Shown here one piece after another: positions 12,694-25,705 of a stretch of DNA of 64,000 bases. This DNA is from Haliotis rubra (taxonomy: Eukaryota), in NCBI RefSeq assembly GCF_003918875.1, contig NW_025766525.1, positions 438,865 to 502,864 on the forward strand, given 5' to 3'. The position numbers and the translations under genes were made by a program. The notes below the pieces were generated by a model. That model had not been told where the DNA came from. It saw nothing but the letters and a program-made list of their open reading frames with translations, and searched no databases. Numbering within the stretch: the first letter of the stretch is position 1; each line of letters begins with the position of its first letter.

Positions 12694-14868
12694 GTAAGAT
12701 GTGTGAAATGTTTACTTTCATATGAACTTTGACAAGCGCAGTGGCATGTCTATTGCGTGATGTCGATCTGAACGGCCCATCATTTGGTGAGTTTCCAGTT
12801 TGTAGATGTCTGTGTGAACGAGTAGAGATGATGCTGGCATCAGTTATAGGCCTGTCAGAGTGTTGTATCAAGTCTCTGCTAGCTGTCAATGTACAGTTTA
12901 CACTGAAACCTAACCTATCATTGATTGACAACATTTGTCATCAAATCTGATAGCCATCTCCGTTCTCAGCTACTAATCGGAGAACGGCTTTTTTGTGTAT
13001 TTTCACAGGTTTGAATTGCTGGTGTTGTTACATCTTAGTTAATAAAATAGTTCTACAAGGCCTACATCTATTCAAAACATTGACAGTGTTGATTTGTAAA
13101 AATGTCCCGAGCGTACTTTACAAACTTCTAACTTGTGTGTATTAACAAGTGTATCAGCAATTCAGACAAATCTTGTGTGAAGTGTGTGCTGCAGACATAT
13201 CAAGTGAATGTCCAGTAGTATAGCCCACCAGACCTGTCATTATTGTAGTGCAACATTGTTTAAAAGTGTGTAGATGTTGGGGGTGCTCAAGTGGTTCTAC
13301 ATTGAATATACTGTGATAGCAGGTGTCGTGGGGTGGTGTCAAGTGATCATCGATAATTAATTCACAGCAAACACATTAATTCAAATTTGTAATGATGATT
13401 GACAAGTTGCCCTCCTCAAATCCAGGAAATAGATATTCTTCTATTACAAGGTATGCAGGCCTATATGTTATTTGCCGTGAAACAAGTGAGTCACCAAATC
13501 AACAATTCAGTATGTTTTTTATTTCATTAATTATATTATTCACTGTGATGACTACTTCCTCATACTTACAGAGACTGAAAGTAACGAAAATCACAAATCT
13601 ATTGATTCAAATTCAAAACCTGTTTTTAATATGTTGTTTTCAAACTGTACTGTGTAGCACAGAGCTGGAATGAAAATGAGTTCCGGAGTGGAGTGCCCAG
13701 CTGTAGAGGGTGACCTGTTATGTAGACAATAGACACACTTCCACCAAGAATGTTAATGCTGTATTGTTTTTTACTTGTTGCCAAGCAACTGTTCAGACAT
13801 ATGGACCTGCTAGCCGTGTAAGCAGGCATGGGTACATCAGGCTCATGCATCATCTGTCACAGGTATTGTTGACTTACAGGGTCCATTGTATAATGTGTGG
13901 TGGATTTAACTTGCAATGTTTGTCAAGTTTTAATTAGTTTAATTAGTTTGACATCATGAGGATGACTACTGCTTTCCCTGCTATGCATTACTGAATACTC
14001 CAGAAAGATTTTCCAGTGTCCCTTTAGGAATTAAAGTGTGGCAACAAGAAGACTTTTGTACCCAAACTTAGTGAATGTCATCTGGTCGTGTGCTAGATAG
14101 TAAGTGGCCGTAGTGTGTATGTGACATAAAATATGATCTCACTCACTCACTGTAGTGTATATGTTTTTCTCATTCTCCTGGGGTGGTTGGTTTATGAGTG
14201 AATTTCCTGTGTATATTTTATCTTTGTCCATATGACAACATGCTTGTGTGTGACATCATGAACTCAGCTGTGAGACCTGCATGACAAGCATTTGGATTCA
14301 AACCATACCAGCAGGCCAGACAGGCTACCACATGCAAGATGGGTCTCCCTAGCATTTGTTCAGACATCAACACCTTTACTCCCTAGGACCCCAAACACTC
14401 TCACAGAATTCTCATTGGATTTCATTTTTATGGCTTTTTGTAGGTATCTATTTTTTCTCTAAAAAATACAAGGATTGGCATATGCTGAGTGAACTCACAG
14501 GGGATCAGGTTATATATGTTTGATTTATTGTTTGTGATCCCCTTTTGTCAATGTGACACTGTCCCAGTTATGTGGAGTGTGTGTACACTGGGTGTATGAA
14601 TGGAGATGTGAGACGCTCTCGGAGGTTGAAGTATAAATCTTCACTTAGCGTAGAGGGCGTGTCCTGGGACCCTCCGACAGTGATGGGAATGGATGAGTAA
14701 TTCTTTTAACATGACAGTGGTATTCCAAGGAGTACGTGAGGACTGCTTGTTGTTTGTTTACAACGGTGGAATTCCTATAAATCTCTATCATGTCTCTGTG
14801 GCCGGCACTCATTCAGTGTCTCTGTATTTTGTTTGGGGTTATTTTCTGTTGGATTATGTTTGATATAA

Positions 14869-15015
14869 GTCAGATAACAGGTTACATGAAACAGTATTCT
14901 TTAACAGAACAGTTAATCTCCTCTTAAAAGATTGAGTTAAGTATTAATTCACTCTTTCAAGAGGAGATTTACCGTTCTGTTAAAGAATACTGTTTCATAT
15001 AATTTGTTATCTGAC
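14869..15015. repeat. 147 bp near-perfect palindrome (foldback/MITE-like hairpin)
   Basis: Arm 14869-14912 (gtcagataacaggttacatgaaacagtattctttaacagaac) is the RC of 14974-15015. The central part (aatctcctcttaaaag…cactctttcaagaggagattt) is itself palindromic. Confidence 0.8.
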
Positions 15016-17374
15016 TGAAATCAAGCATAATCCAGCCTGGTACTCTGTAGTTATGTAAGTTACTATATGATACTTCTGTACTGAGATGATGATGTATGAT
15101 ACCAGGTGTCCAGCCTCTGTCAGTGTTCATCACTGCTGGCTCCTGTCAGACTGTTCGTCTAAACTGACACCATCAGTTTCAACCAGGAAGAAGTTGTTAC
15201 TTTGGATAATTAATTAAAAGAAAATCTTAACTTGAGCTTTGTGAAGTGCAAGGGAACTTGTCATGTGTGTTGTGATGTACAGTTCTGTAACAGTCAAGGA
15301 CACTTGTCACCGTGATTGATACATGAAATCAGGGTCCCTAATAATCGATTCAGATAAGTTAAGCGTCTTAATGTTTGCCTGTAGTGACAGAGTTTACATG
15401 ACGCCAGTTACACACAGTTCATATAATGCAAGCTTTCCCACTGAATCACCCTGGAATAACAAAATAAGGATCTTCTTCTCTGAAGAAGCAGTGACAGATA
15501 AGTTGACTGAGAGCAGCTGACTTTTATGCTGTTATTAAACAGCCCTGCCCCATGTGTAAGACTGAAAGAATGCTGCATCCCTTAGAAGTGAATATACATG
15601 ATGAGGATGTTTTGTCAGAAGGTCACTTATCTTACATTGTTTGTTCTGTAGTGTATGAAAACACAGATTGAATGATAAATGTGACACTGTGATCTACCCA
15701 GGAAGGGGAACATTCTCAGGTGTACCAAATGTAACACAATTCATGTTTTGACTGCAAAGATATGTCTCAACTAGTCTGAACCAAATAATGGTGTTCCCAA
15801 GCAGGAATAAAAAACTCATTTTATCAAATTATTCCTTAAGTAAGGCTGTGGCCGTGGATATACTATCAACAGGAGATGATGTGTAGTTCTACTGTATTGA
15901 ACATGTTGACTGCACGTGAAAATATATCTGAAGTTTAGAAAATCTGAATTGCAAACAAAATATTCTCCCTGTAATTAATGGGCGTCATGTCAATTACAGA
16001 AGCGTGAAATTTCACTGTCAAAATTGGGACTAAATCATTTTGTTCACAACCCTTTGTAAATCCCTGGGTTTAAGTTGTGTTGTGATGTTTAAGTAGAAGA
16101 AACAGAATTTATCTATATTTGACATTATTTTGTATGAACCTTAGCTTCTGAGATGTTGTCAGATACATGTATTATTATGGCTGTAAGAGGGCAGGCAAGT
16201 AACATGGTTGTCATGGTGACCGGGGGTTTGACATCAGGGGCTTATTGTTTCCTCATCCCAAATGAATGGCATCAAGGACTTATGAAAGCAGCCCCTATAC
16301 GCATCAGGGAGACTGGGATTAAGTGGCGAGGAGATTGAGACTGGGATTACGAACAACTGTAGCCATAACGCAGATTCCTAGACAGCTATTGACAATCTCC
16401 TCCAGCTGTTTGTGTAGACTAAGGGTTGTCATAGATATGTTGACACATCAAATTGTCTTGATAACCTAACAGTTACACTACATATATTTGATAGTGAGAG
16501 AACGTTTTAGTTTTGATGGTATTTTGAAACTGTTAACTCTTCAGGCACTGTATTTTGTGGCTGTAGACAGGGTTTCAGGTCTCTTCACTTTCTAGGACAT
16601 TCTTGTCATAGAAGATGTCCCTAAAAATATTGATATCTTTGGATAACAAGAAGACAAGATGTCCTGTCTGAATTTGCTGCTGTTCTGGTGGTGCTTGTCT
16701 CCAACTAAATAGTGTCAGTGTGACTGAATTATTCCGTCAACATTATCTCTTGTGTTCTCTTATTATCAACAGTACTAACATACTTAGATGACATTGATTG
16801 ATGGCAGAATGTTTGAGTATTGTAAGTAAAATATTGATTGACTGTGATCTTTTCAGTACTTGATTAGAGTGTTTAAACATTGGTATGGCATGACCAGGGA
16901 TCTAAAACAGTTGTAAGTGTATACATGCATCTTGTTGATGTGTTATGTAATCAAGTTGTAAGTCGTAACAGTAAATCCACATTTAATTTCTGCAGGTGTT
17001 AGACACTTGAGTAAGTCTAGGTGTATAATTACCTGCTTCATGGTGTAAGCAAGGGATAGGGTGGATTGTATTATTTAAGCATGTTTACCTGAACTATAGG
17101 CTTCATTGTGGATTAGGCTCGTGGCCCGTAGATATTTTAAGAGGAAATTCTCATTTGGTGTTGAGTAGAGCGGAACTGTTACTCTGGTATTTGAAATATT
17201 CGCGTGTAACAATGTGTCGGCCTCGTCTGATGTGGGTTGATAGTGAAAGGTGCTGCTGCAGATAGTGAAACACGTGGATACATGATACACGTGGATACAC
17301 GATACACGTAGAAGTTAGTTGTGTTTTATCAATATTCCAGTAAATCCAGGCATGGCAAACCAGGAATCATCTTC

Positions 17375-17455
17375 ATATATTTTACCATGATGGGAATCAA
17401 ACCCAGACCCTTGGTCTGACAAACACATGCCTCAGCCACTAGTCTAGTGGTCACG
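17375..17455 (-). mobile_element. tRNA-like SINE fragment
   Basis: RC contains …agtggctgaggcatgtgtttgtcagaccaagggtctgggtttgattccc (a tRNA 3' half with a T-arm). The copy is truncated. Confidence 0.35.
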
Positions 17456-17510
17456 ATGTAGTGGTTATAGGTGACTCTTGTATCAAACTCACTTCACCTC
17501 CTCGTTCAGC

Positions 17511-17690
17511 CACAGGTGGTGGTGGGGTAGCTTAGTGTTTGCTTATCACGTCGAAGACCCGGTTTGATTCCCCACATGGGTACAGTGTGTGAAGCCCACT
17601 TCTTGGTGTCCCCCGCCATGATATTGCTGGAATATTGCTAACACCGTGTAAAACTACACTAACTCGCTCATTCAGCCACTCAGGGAAATA
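17511..17690 (+). mobile_element. tRNA-derived SINE, family A-like diverged copy
   Basis: ggtggtggggtagcttagtgtttgcttatcacgtcgaagacccggtttgattcccc…ctggaatattgctaacaccgtgtaaaactacactaactcgctcattc. A probable TSD cgttcagccac / cattcagccac flanks it. Confidence 0.6.
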
Positions 17691-18311
17691 TGGATTAGAT
17701 TGACCAACCCAGAAACAAGTGTCTGTTTATTATCCACATCTGTTCGTAATCTGATCTGATGACCTACAATTAAGCAAAAAATAATATTGGAAAGTGTCTG
17801 TCTATCTTTGAATATTTAGGTGTTTTGTAGGAGGTTAATCTCTCAATATGCTAAGTTAAAGACTTGAATACATCTGGTGACGTCATCCCATTCAGGGCTG
17901 GAAATAACTTTAAAATTGCTAGTGTACTCCGGTACAGTGGCACAAGTAAAATCACTTGCCCTGATAATTTTTCCACTATACTGGCCGATTTTCTTGTTGA
18001 TTTTTTAAATAAACAACATAATTAGGATGGGAAAGTCAACTGGACACCGGTACAGTGTGATAGACAAATATGCTTGCCCGACAGAAAAAATACTGGACTC
18101 TGGCATCGGGCAATGGGTTATTTCCACCCCTGCCATTGTTCCGGCTTTCTCCTGTCAACAAGTATATGGAATGGGTGTTTTGAGGAGAATTGGGGGTTCT
18201 ACTTTTGAACAGGAGTCAAGGATCTACCACCACATATATCAGTATTGTAAGCCAGTGTTTGCACACAGATTCTGCATAACCCCTCAGCCATAGCAACTTC
18301 CACTAAGCGGG

Positions 18312-18455
18312 TTTTGCGGCATTTGTGTGCTGGCGATTAGGTGCCTGACTCTGAGGGTGTTGGTTCAAATCCCGGATGGAACTCAACCCAACAAAAGTAC
18401 TAGAATCTGTACTTTACTATGAAAGTGTAATCCCAAATATAACGTATATTACATT
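18312..18455 (+). mobile_element. tRNA-derived SINE family C, copy 1
   Basis: …tgtgtgctggcgattaggtgcctgactctgagggtgttggttcaaatcccggatggaactcaacccaacaaaagtactagaatctgtactttact…gtaatcccaaat. It is 80-85% identical to the copy at 18593. Confidence 0.6.
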
Positions 18456-18592
18456 TGACCACTTTCTAAATATCACTGTGTAATCAAACCTTTCAGTCGT
18501 GGGAGCCGTGCCAATTTACATTTATCAGAGGGGTACACAAAGTCTGCAGTCTAGACTACCAGTTTTCCAACTTCCATTTTGTAGAAGTCATG

Positions 18593-18745
18593 ATGGCTGA
18601 GCGGGTTAGGTGGCTGACTTTGTGTGCTGGCTGACTCTGAGGGTGTGGGTTAGACTCCTGGATTGGACTCAACCCAACAAAAAAGTTCTACAATACGTAT
18701 TTTACTGAGAAAGTGTAATCCCAAATGTAACATATGTTACAAGGG
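18593..18745 (+). mobile_element. tRNA-derived SINE family C, copy 2, fused at its 3' end to an 87 bp minisatellite
   Basis: Has the same architecture as 18312-18455. Its last bases (…gttacaagggctacagtagctcacc) run directly into the first unit of the 18743-19430 array. Confidence 0.6.
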
Positions 18746-19432
18746 CTACAGTAGCTCACCTTCACAACTGTGTGTGTATGGGTACAGTTATAACATGGGA
18801 ACGTTTTGATGGTATTTCTGTTGAACAAGGGCAACTGTAGCTCACCTGTGTATGGTACAGTTATAACATGGGAACGCTTTTGATGGTATATCTGTTGAAC
18901 AAGGGCAACTGTAGCTCACAACTGTGTGTGTATGGGTACAGTTATAACATGGGAACGTTTTGATGGTATTTCTGTTGAACAAGGGCAACTGTAGCTCACC
19001 TTCACCACTGTGTGTGTATGGGTACAGTTATAACATGGGAATGTTTTGATGGTATTTCTGTTGAACAAGGGCAACTGTAGCTCACCTTCACAACTGTGTG
19101 TGTATGGGTACAGTTATAACATGGGAACATTTTGATGGTATTTCTGTTGAACAAGGGCAACTGTAGCTCACCTTCACAACTGTGTGTGTATGGGTACAGT
19201 TATAACATGGGAACCTTTTGATGGTATTTCTGTTGAACAAGGGCAACTGTAGCTCACCTTCACAACTGTGTGTGTATGGGTACAGTTATAACATGGGAAC
19301 ATTTTGATGGTATTTCTGTTGAACAAGGGCCACTGTAGTTCACCTTCACAACTGTGTGTGTATGGGTACAGTTATAACATGGGAACGTTTTGATGGTATT
19401 TCTGTTGAACAAGGGCCACTGTAGCTCTTTTT
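18743..19432. repeat. Minisatellite, about 87 bp unit (gggcaactgtagctcaccttcacaactgtgtgtgtatgggtacagttataacatgggaacgttttgatggtatttctgttgaacaag), about 8 copies
   Basis: Direct reading. Confidence 0.9.
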
Positions 19433-19920
19433 TTCGGTTATCATAGGAAAGTGGTGTGATGTTATCTGTTCGACAATACCCTGCTTGTAGTATGAGATCT
19501 ATTATAACAAATTAGCTCTGGCTATTTATGTATTCATGTTAAAACTCCTACAGTATGAAAGGGATGCAGCCGAGAAGGGAGACAGATGACATGACTGAGA
19601 AAACACACACAATGACCCTGTATGCACACGCTGACGTCACACTTACTTTCCTGCAAGTTATACGACAATATTAACATTCACCCTCCATCAACATGCTCAG
19701 ATTGTGTAAAAGGTTATTTTTATGTTGAGAAGTTTGATGTTGACAAGGCAGCCATTTACTAATTTAGCATTAGACGTTTAGGCGTACAACATAAAATATT
19801 CTACCTGGAGTATGTGATTTTCTGGTATGGGGAGTGTTGGTAAACCAACCTTGTGATGTTATTTACAACAGTCCTGTAATGATGTAGGTGTTTCCCTTTT
19901 TATCCCCCCGGCATGTAATG

Positions 19921-19950
19921 CGTGTGTGTGTGTGTGTGTGTGTGTTTATA
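19921..19950. repeat. (GT)n microsatellite
   Basis: gcgtgtgtgtgtgtgtgtgtgtgtgt. Confidence 0.9.
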
Positions 19951-21700
19951 TAATCGACGCCCCGTCCGTCTGTCCGTAATCATTTTGTTTTCAGAGCATA
20001 ACTCCAAAACTGTTCAATATTTTTCAACAAAAATTGGTTAATATATCAAAAAGAACCTAAGGTGGTGCATTTTGCTATTTACAGATTTTTGTCATTTTTA
20101 TTCTCCTGGCATGTAATGTGGGGGAATATAGTCGTTGCCTCGTCCATCCGTCCGTCCATCCGTAATCATTTTGTTTCCAGAGCATAACTCCAAAACCGTT
20201 CAATATTTTTCAACAAAAATTGGTAGATATATAAAAAAGAACCTAAGGTGGTGCCTTTTGTTATTTACAGATTTTTGTCATTTTTATTTTTCCCGGTTTC
20301 CATGGAAACGTTTTGGACTTAGTCTTAATGGGGGGTGGGCTTCGTTTCTGGAGCATAACTCAAGAACCGTTCAATATTTTCCAACAAAACTTGGTAGATA
20401 TATCAAACAGAACCTGAAGTGGGGCCTTTTGCTATTTGCAGATTTTTGTCATTTTTATTTTTCCCGGTTTCCATGGAAACGATTCGAACTTAGTCTCAAA
20501 AGGAAGGGGTAGGTTTCGTTTCCGGAGCTCAACTCAAAAACTTCTTAATATCTTTCAGCAAACCTTGGCAGATATGTGAGGCAGATCCCAAAGTGGTGCC
20601 TTTTGCTATTTACAGATTTTTGTCTTTTTATCCCCCGTAACGCGTTTTTGCGGGGGTATTAAAATGGACTCCGTCCGTCCGTCCATCCGTGCACTTTTGT
20701 CTTTTCCGGAGAACTCTAAAACCGTTCAATATTTCTTCACCAAACTTGGCACATAGATAGATCTGGTGGTGTACTGGTGCCTTTTGGTAGTTTTGGAATT
20801 CTGAATAAAACATTTTTGGCGTTTCCATGGCAACAAGTTCGACTTAGAATGAAATTAGTGGTAGTGCTCTTTTCCGGAGCAGAACTCTAAAACCGTTCAC
20901 TATTTCTTCACCAAACTTGGCACATAGATTAGATCTGGTGGTGTACTGGTGCCTTTTGGTAGTTTTTGAATTCTGAATAAAATATTTTTGGCTTTTCTGT
21001 GGCAACAAGTTTGACTTAGCCTGAAATTGGTGGTAGTGCTCTTTTCCGGAGCTGAACTCTAAAACCGTTCACTATTTCTTCACCAAACTTGGCACATAGA
21101 TTGGTCTGGTGGTGTACTGGTTCCTTTTTGGTAGTTTTGGAATTCTGAATATAATATTTTTGGCATTTCCATGGCAACAAGTTTGACTTAGTACCATGTT
21201 TTAACGTCTTTTGGTATGATGCGGTCGGAGATTGAACCCGCGACCTTCCGCTCTCCGGGCGGACGCTCTAACCACTACACCACGGAGGCGGTCGCAACAA
21301 GTTTGATATAGACTGAAATTGGTGATAGTGCTCCTTTCTGGAGTAGAACTTAAAAACCTATAAATACTCTCCTTCCACTTTTCTATATACACACCTAAAT
21401 ATTTGACATAATCATAACTCGTAGACATAATCATCAGTATTTTGTCCTTGCGTGGGATATTGATGACTTTGTCTCTTGTTTATTTTTCTAGGTTTCCATG
21501 GAAACGATTTAGACTTAGTCTCAAAGGGAGGGGTGGGTTTTGTTTCAAAAACTTCTTAATATCTTTCAGTAAAACTTGGCAGCTATTTGAGGCAGATCTT
21601 GAAGTGGTGCCTTTTGCTATTTGCAGATTTTTGTCATTTATGTTTTTCTTCATTTCCATGGAAATGATTTGCACTTAGTCTAAAATCAAGCTGGACTTTA
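19950..21700. repeat. Tandem array of an about 180-200 bp unit in at least three diverged sub-variants (satellite-like)
   Basis: Recurring blocks …tccgtccgtccatccgtaatcattttgtttccagagcataactccaaaaccgttcaatatttttcaacaaaaattggtagatat…aacctaaggtggtgccttttgctatttacagatttttgtcattttt…cccggtttccatggaaacg… occur at about 19960, 20150, 20340, 20520 and 21480. A second variant (…ttttccggagcagaactctaaaaccgttcactatttcttcaccaaacttggcacatagat…ggcaacaagtttgacttag…) occurs at about 20690, 20870, 21040 and 21300. Confidence 0.8.
21189..21295 (-). mobile_element. Retroposed tRNA-like sequence (75 nt tRNA-like body at 21221-21295 plus about 30 nt tail) inserted into the tandem array, with TSD
   Basis: Minus strand reads gcgaccgcctccgtggtgtagtggttagagcgtccgcccggagagcggaaggtcgcgggttcaatctccgaccgcatc. 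A D-loop (TAGTGGTTAGAGCG), an anticodon stem-loop and a T-loop-like GGTTCAATC are present, but the acceptor ends do not pair, so it is not a functional tRNA. The host repeat sequence caacaagtttgacttag is duplicated either side (…caacaagtttgacttag | insert | (c)aacaagtttgatatag…). Confidence 0.55.
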
Positions 21701-22544
21701 AGTAACTGTCAGATGATTTGTTCTTTCAAAGATGTGGGGGCCCGGGGGATATGTCATCTTCTGATGACTCTTGTTAAAATAAAGACAGCCAAGCGGAAAT
21801 TTTTTTCCCTTTGGAAACTGAAACCGCAATTATCTGGACTTGCTAATTATTATAAAGTAACATGGACTGTATTGGATAGATTTGTTTCAGTTTCTGTATG
21901 GCAGAAAAGGTTTATTAGGAAACGGGCATTTTTTAATTGAAGTATTTATGCAAAAATAAATGTTTTGGCTTTGAGGGATATGTGTGTTTGGTTTCATGCT
22001 GCTTTACACAATACTGTACAGCTGTATCATGTATAGATGGTGGGGGTGGGGGTTTGAGGGCGGGCTGTATCATGTATAGACGGTGGGGGTTGTATTTGTA
22101 TCCGGTGTATATACTTCAGGTGATTCTGGTGGTCTTTGAAGCCTTTTCCTGAAGTGTTCATAGTGTTGAAGTGCAAACGGTCATATCACGTTGACTTTAG
22201 GGTAAAGGTCCCGTTAACTGTGGTTACGTATTTCCTCGACTGTCTGTATGTGAGGTCCATCAGGATGCATGTTTAGTAAGGTAACACTTAGAAATGATTC
22301 CTGTATATTAAGAACTTTTCTCTTGGATACCTTTGCGTTTTTTTCCATAAATGGCGTCAATTAATACAATTTGTATAGGGTACCTTTCTGCTGAGACCCT
22401 AGCCTCTGTATGATGCATTGTGTTGTGTGTTGGGCTGTTGTTCATGCTGTCAGCCTCTGGTTTGTTTTAATCAGATTCAGTATTTAGTTTCTAAGACCTC
22501 AGTAGAATTGTAATATGTCTGACTGAAGCTCACTACAGTGTCAC

Positions 22545-24485
22545 TCAATCACTCATGCTAGACCACAGGCAGTGTTGCTTAGACCAACTGACTCATGCTA
22601 GACCACAGACAGTGTTACTTAGACCGACTGACTCATGCTAGACCACAGACAGTGTTGCTTAGACCAACTGACTCATGCTAGACCACAGGCAGTGTTACTT
22701 AGACCAACTGACTCATGCTAGACCACAGACAGTGCTACTTAGACCAACTGACTCATGCTAGACCACAGACAGTGCTACTTAGACCAACTGACTCATGCTA
22801 GACCACAGACAGTGTTGCTTAGACCAACTGACTCATGCTAGACCACAGGCAGTGTTACTTAGACCAACTGACTCATGCTAGACCACAGACAGTGCTACTT
22901 AGACCAACTGACTCATGCTAGACCACAGGCAGTGTTACTTAGACCAACTGACTCATGCTAGACCACAGACAGTGTTGCTTAGACCAACTGACTCATGCTA
23001 GACTACATGCAGTGTTACTTAGACCAACTGACTCATGCTTCGCCACAGGCAGTGTTACTTAGACCAACTGACTCATGCTAGACCACAGGCAGTGTTGCTT
23101 TGACTGACTCATGCTAGACCACAGACAGTGTTGCTTAGACCAACTGACTCATACTAGACCACAGGCAGTGTTACTTAGACCAACTGACTCATGCTAGACC
23201 ACAGGCAGTGTTACTTATACCAACTGACTCATGCTAGACCACAGACAGTGTTGCTTAGACCAACTGACTCATGCTAGACCACAGGCAGTGTTACTTAGAC
23301 CAACTGACTCATGCTAGACCACAGGCAGTGTTACTTAGACCAACTGACTCATGCTAGACCACAGGCAGTGTTACTTAGACCAACTGACTCATGCTAGACC
23401 ACAGACAGTGTTACTTAGACCAACTGACTCATGCTAGACCACAGGCAGTGTTGCTTAGACTGACTGACTCATGCTAGACCACAGACAGTGTTACTTAGAC
23501 TGACTGACTCATGCTAGACCACAGACAGTGTTACTTAGACCAACTGACTCATGCTAGACCACAGGCAGTGTTGCTTAGACTGACTGACTCATGCTAGACC
23601 ACAGACAGTGTTACTAGACAACTGACTCATGCTAGACCACAGGCAGTGTTGCTTAGACACAGGCACTGACTCATGACTCTAGACCACAGACAGTGTTACT
23701 TAGACCGACTGACTCTTAGACCACAGGCAGTGTTACTTAGACTGACTCATGCTAGACCACAGGCAGTGCAGTGACTGACTCATGCTAGACCACAGACAGT
23801 GTTACTTAGACCCGACTGACTCATGCTCATGCTAGACTCAGCTAGACAGTGTTACTTAGACCAACTGACTCACATGCTAGACCACAGGCAGTGTTGCTTT
23901 TAGACTGACTGACTCATGCTAGACCACAGACAGTGTTACTTAGACTGACTGACTCATGCTAGACCACAGACAGTGTTACTTAGACCAACTGACTCATGCT
24001 AGACCACAGGCAGTGTTGCTTAGACCGACTGACTCATGCTAGACCACAGACAGTGTTACTTAGACCAACTGACTCATGCTAGACCACAGGCAGTGTTACT
24101 TAGACCGACTGACTCATGCTAGACCACAGGCAGTGTTACTTAGACCAACTGACTCATGCTAGACCACAGGCAGTGTTACTTAGACCGACTGACTCTAGCT
24201 AGACCACAGGCAGTGTGACATAGACTCACTCAATCATGCTTCGCCACAGGCAGAATGACATACTCACTCACTCACTCACTACAGGCAGTGTGACATAGAC
24301 TAACTCACTCATGCTTTGCCACAGGCAGAATGACATACTCACTCACTCATGGTAGATCACACTCAGTATGACTTAGACTCACTCACCACAGGCAGTATGA
24401 CGTAGACTCACTCACTCAATCACCACAGGCAGTGTGACAATGACAAAGACTCACTCACTCATGCTTCACCACAGGCAGTGTGACA
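22545..24485. repeat. Minisatellite, 40 bp unit (agaccaactgactcatgctagaccacaggcagtgttactt), about 48 copies, decaying into cactcactc variants after about 24190
   Basis: Direct reading. Confidence 0.9.
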
Positions 24486-25339
24486 CAGAAGCTATGGGGA
24501 AGAACTGCTGAGTCATCAACAGCTGATATATTCATATATTCCAGGCCTCAGGACAGAAACATTTATTTTGTGTGTTTTATTATGAGAATATTTTTGACAG
24601 GTTTAAATGAGAACTGTTATGAAGGCTCACTGGAGGTTTGGGAGGCCTACCATGACAAAGCTGTTGGTTTAGTTGTCATAACACATTCACTCATCTGTGG
24701 ACAGATTTCCCTTGCATATGTTATTGTGAATATTTCCAGGCAGGTCATCTTGTGATCAGGAGCAATACATGTGTGATAAACTATTTACCATGGTGCAGTT
24801 CGATGGCTAGTTATGAATATCTGTTTCTCGGTGACATTGGACCTGTGCAGTATGGCCAGTTATTACCCACCATTGGGTTGATGTACAACAAGGTGCAAGT
24901 TAACAGCTTAGGTTTTTAAGGACTAGAATAGAATTAATTGACCATAATTAACTGGATACCAAATATGGTCACATGAAATTTAATGCTAACATCCAATGTT
25001 TTAGAAATGTACAATACAATGCATTGGTTGATATTCTAAGAACTTGTCCTCTTGTGAGTGTCCTCTTTAGTGGCTAGAAGATTCTTTTTTATGGTTCAAA
25101 ATAAAAAGGAATAATGTCTATAAACAATTGTTAGAATCTTAGTATTATTCATTTGGAAATAAATAAAGCCAGGGAGAAATGTGTAGTTGAATAATATTCT
25201 GTCACTCGCTTGAAGTCAGCAATAGAAGAAGCAACAGTTCCAAACATTGCATTGAGATAATATAGAAGTTCACATTCAATGATTCACAAGTCAAGTTTGT
25301 CTTCATTGATTCTTGAGGTTCCAAAATGCCATTTCAGAT

Positions 25340-25705
25340 ATTCTGTTAAGATTGTAAGGTACTCTGTGAAGATTGTAAGATATTCTGTGAAGATTGTAAG
25401 GTAGTCTGTTAAGATTGTATTCTGTGAAGATTGTATTCTGTGAAGATTGTAAGGTATTCTGTGAAGATTGTAAGATATTCTGTGAAGATTGTAAGGTAGT
25501 CTGTTAAGATTGTATTCTGTGAAGATTGTAAGGTATTCTGTGAAGATTGGATGATTGTAAGATATTTTTTGAAGTTTGTAAGGTAGTCTGTGAAGATTGT
25601 AAGGTACTCTGTGAAGATTGAAAGATAGTCTGTGAAGATTGTAAGGTATTCTGTGAAGATTGTAAGGTTCTGTGAAGATTGTAAGATGTTTTGAGAAGAT
25701 TTATG
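25340..25705. repeat. Minisatellite, about 21 bp unit (gtgaagattgtaaggtattct), about 17 copies
   Basis: Direct reading. Confidence 0.9.

Noticed and set aside
12470-12934. 154-aa minus-strand ORF
   Set aside because: It overlaps the CpG-rich promoter and exon 1 of the plus-strand gene, and has no splice or Kozak support or recognisable motifs.
21221-21295. Functional tRNA gene on the minus strand
   Set aside because: D-, anticodon- and T-arm-like segments exist, but the 5' and 3' ends are direct rather than complementary, so there is no acceptor stem. U33 is absent. TSD flanking shows it is a retroposed copy.
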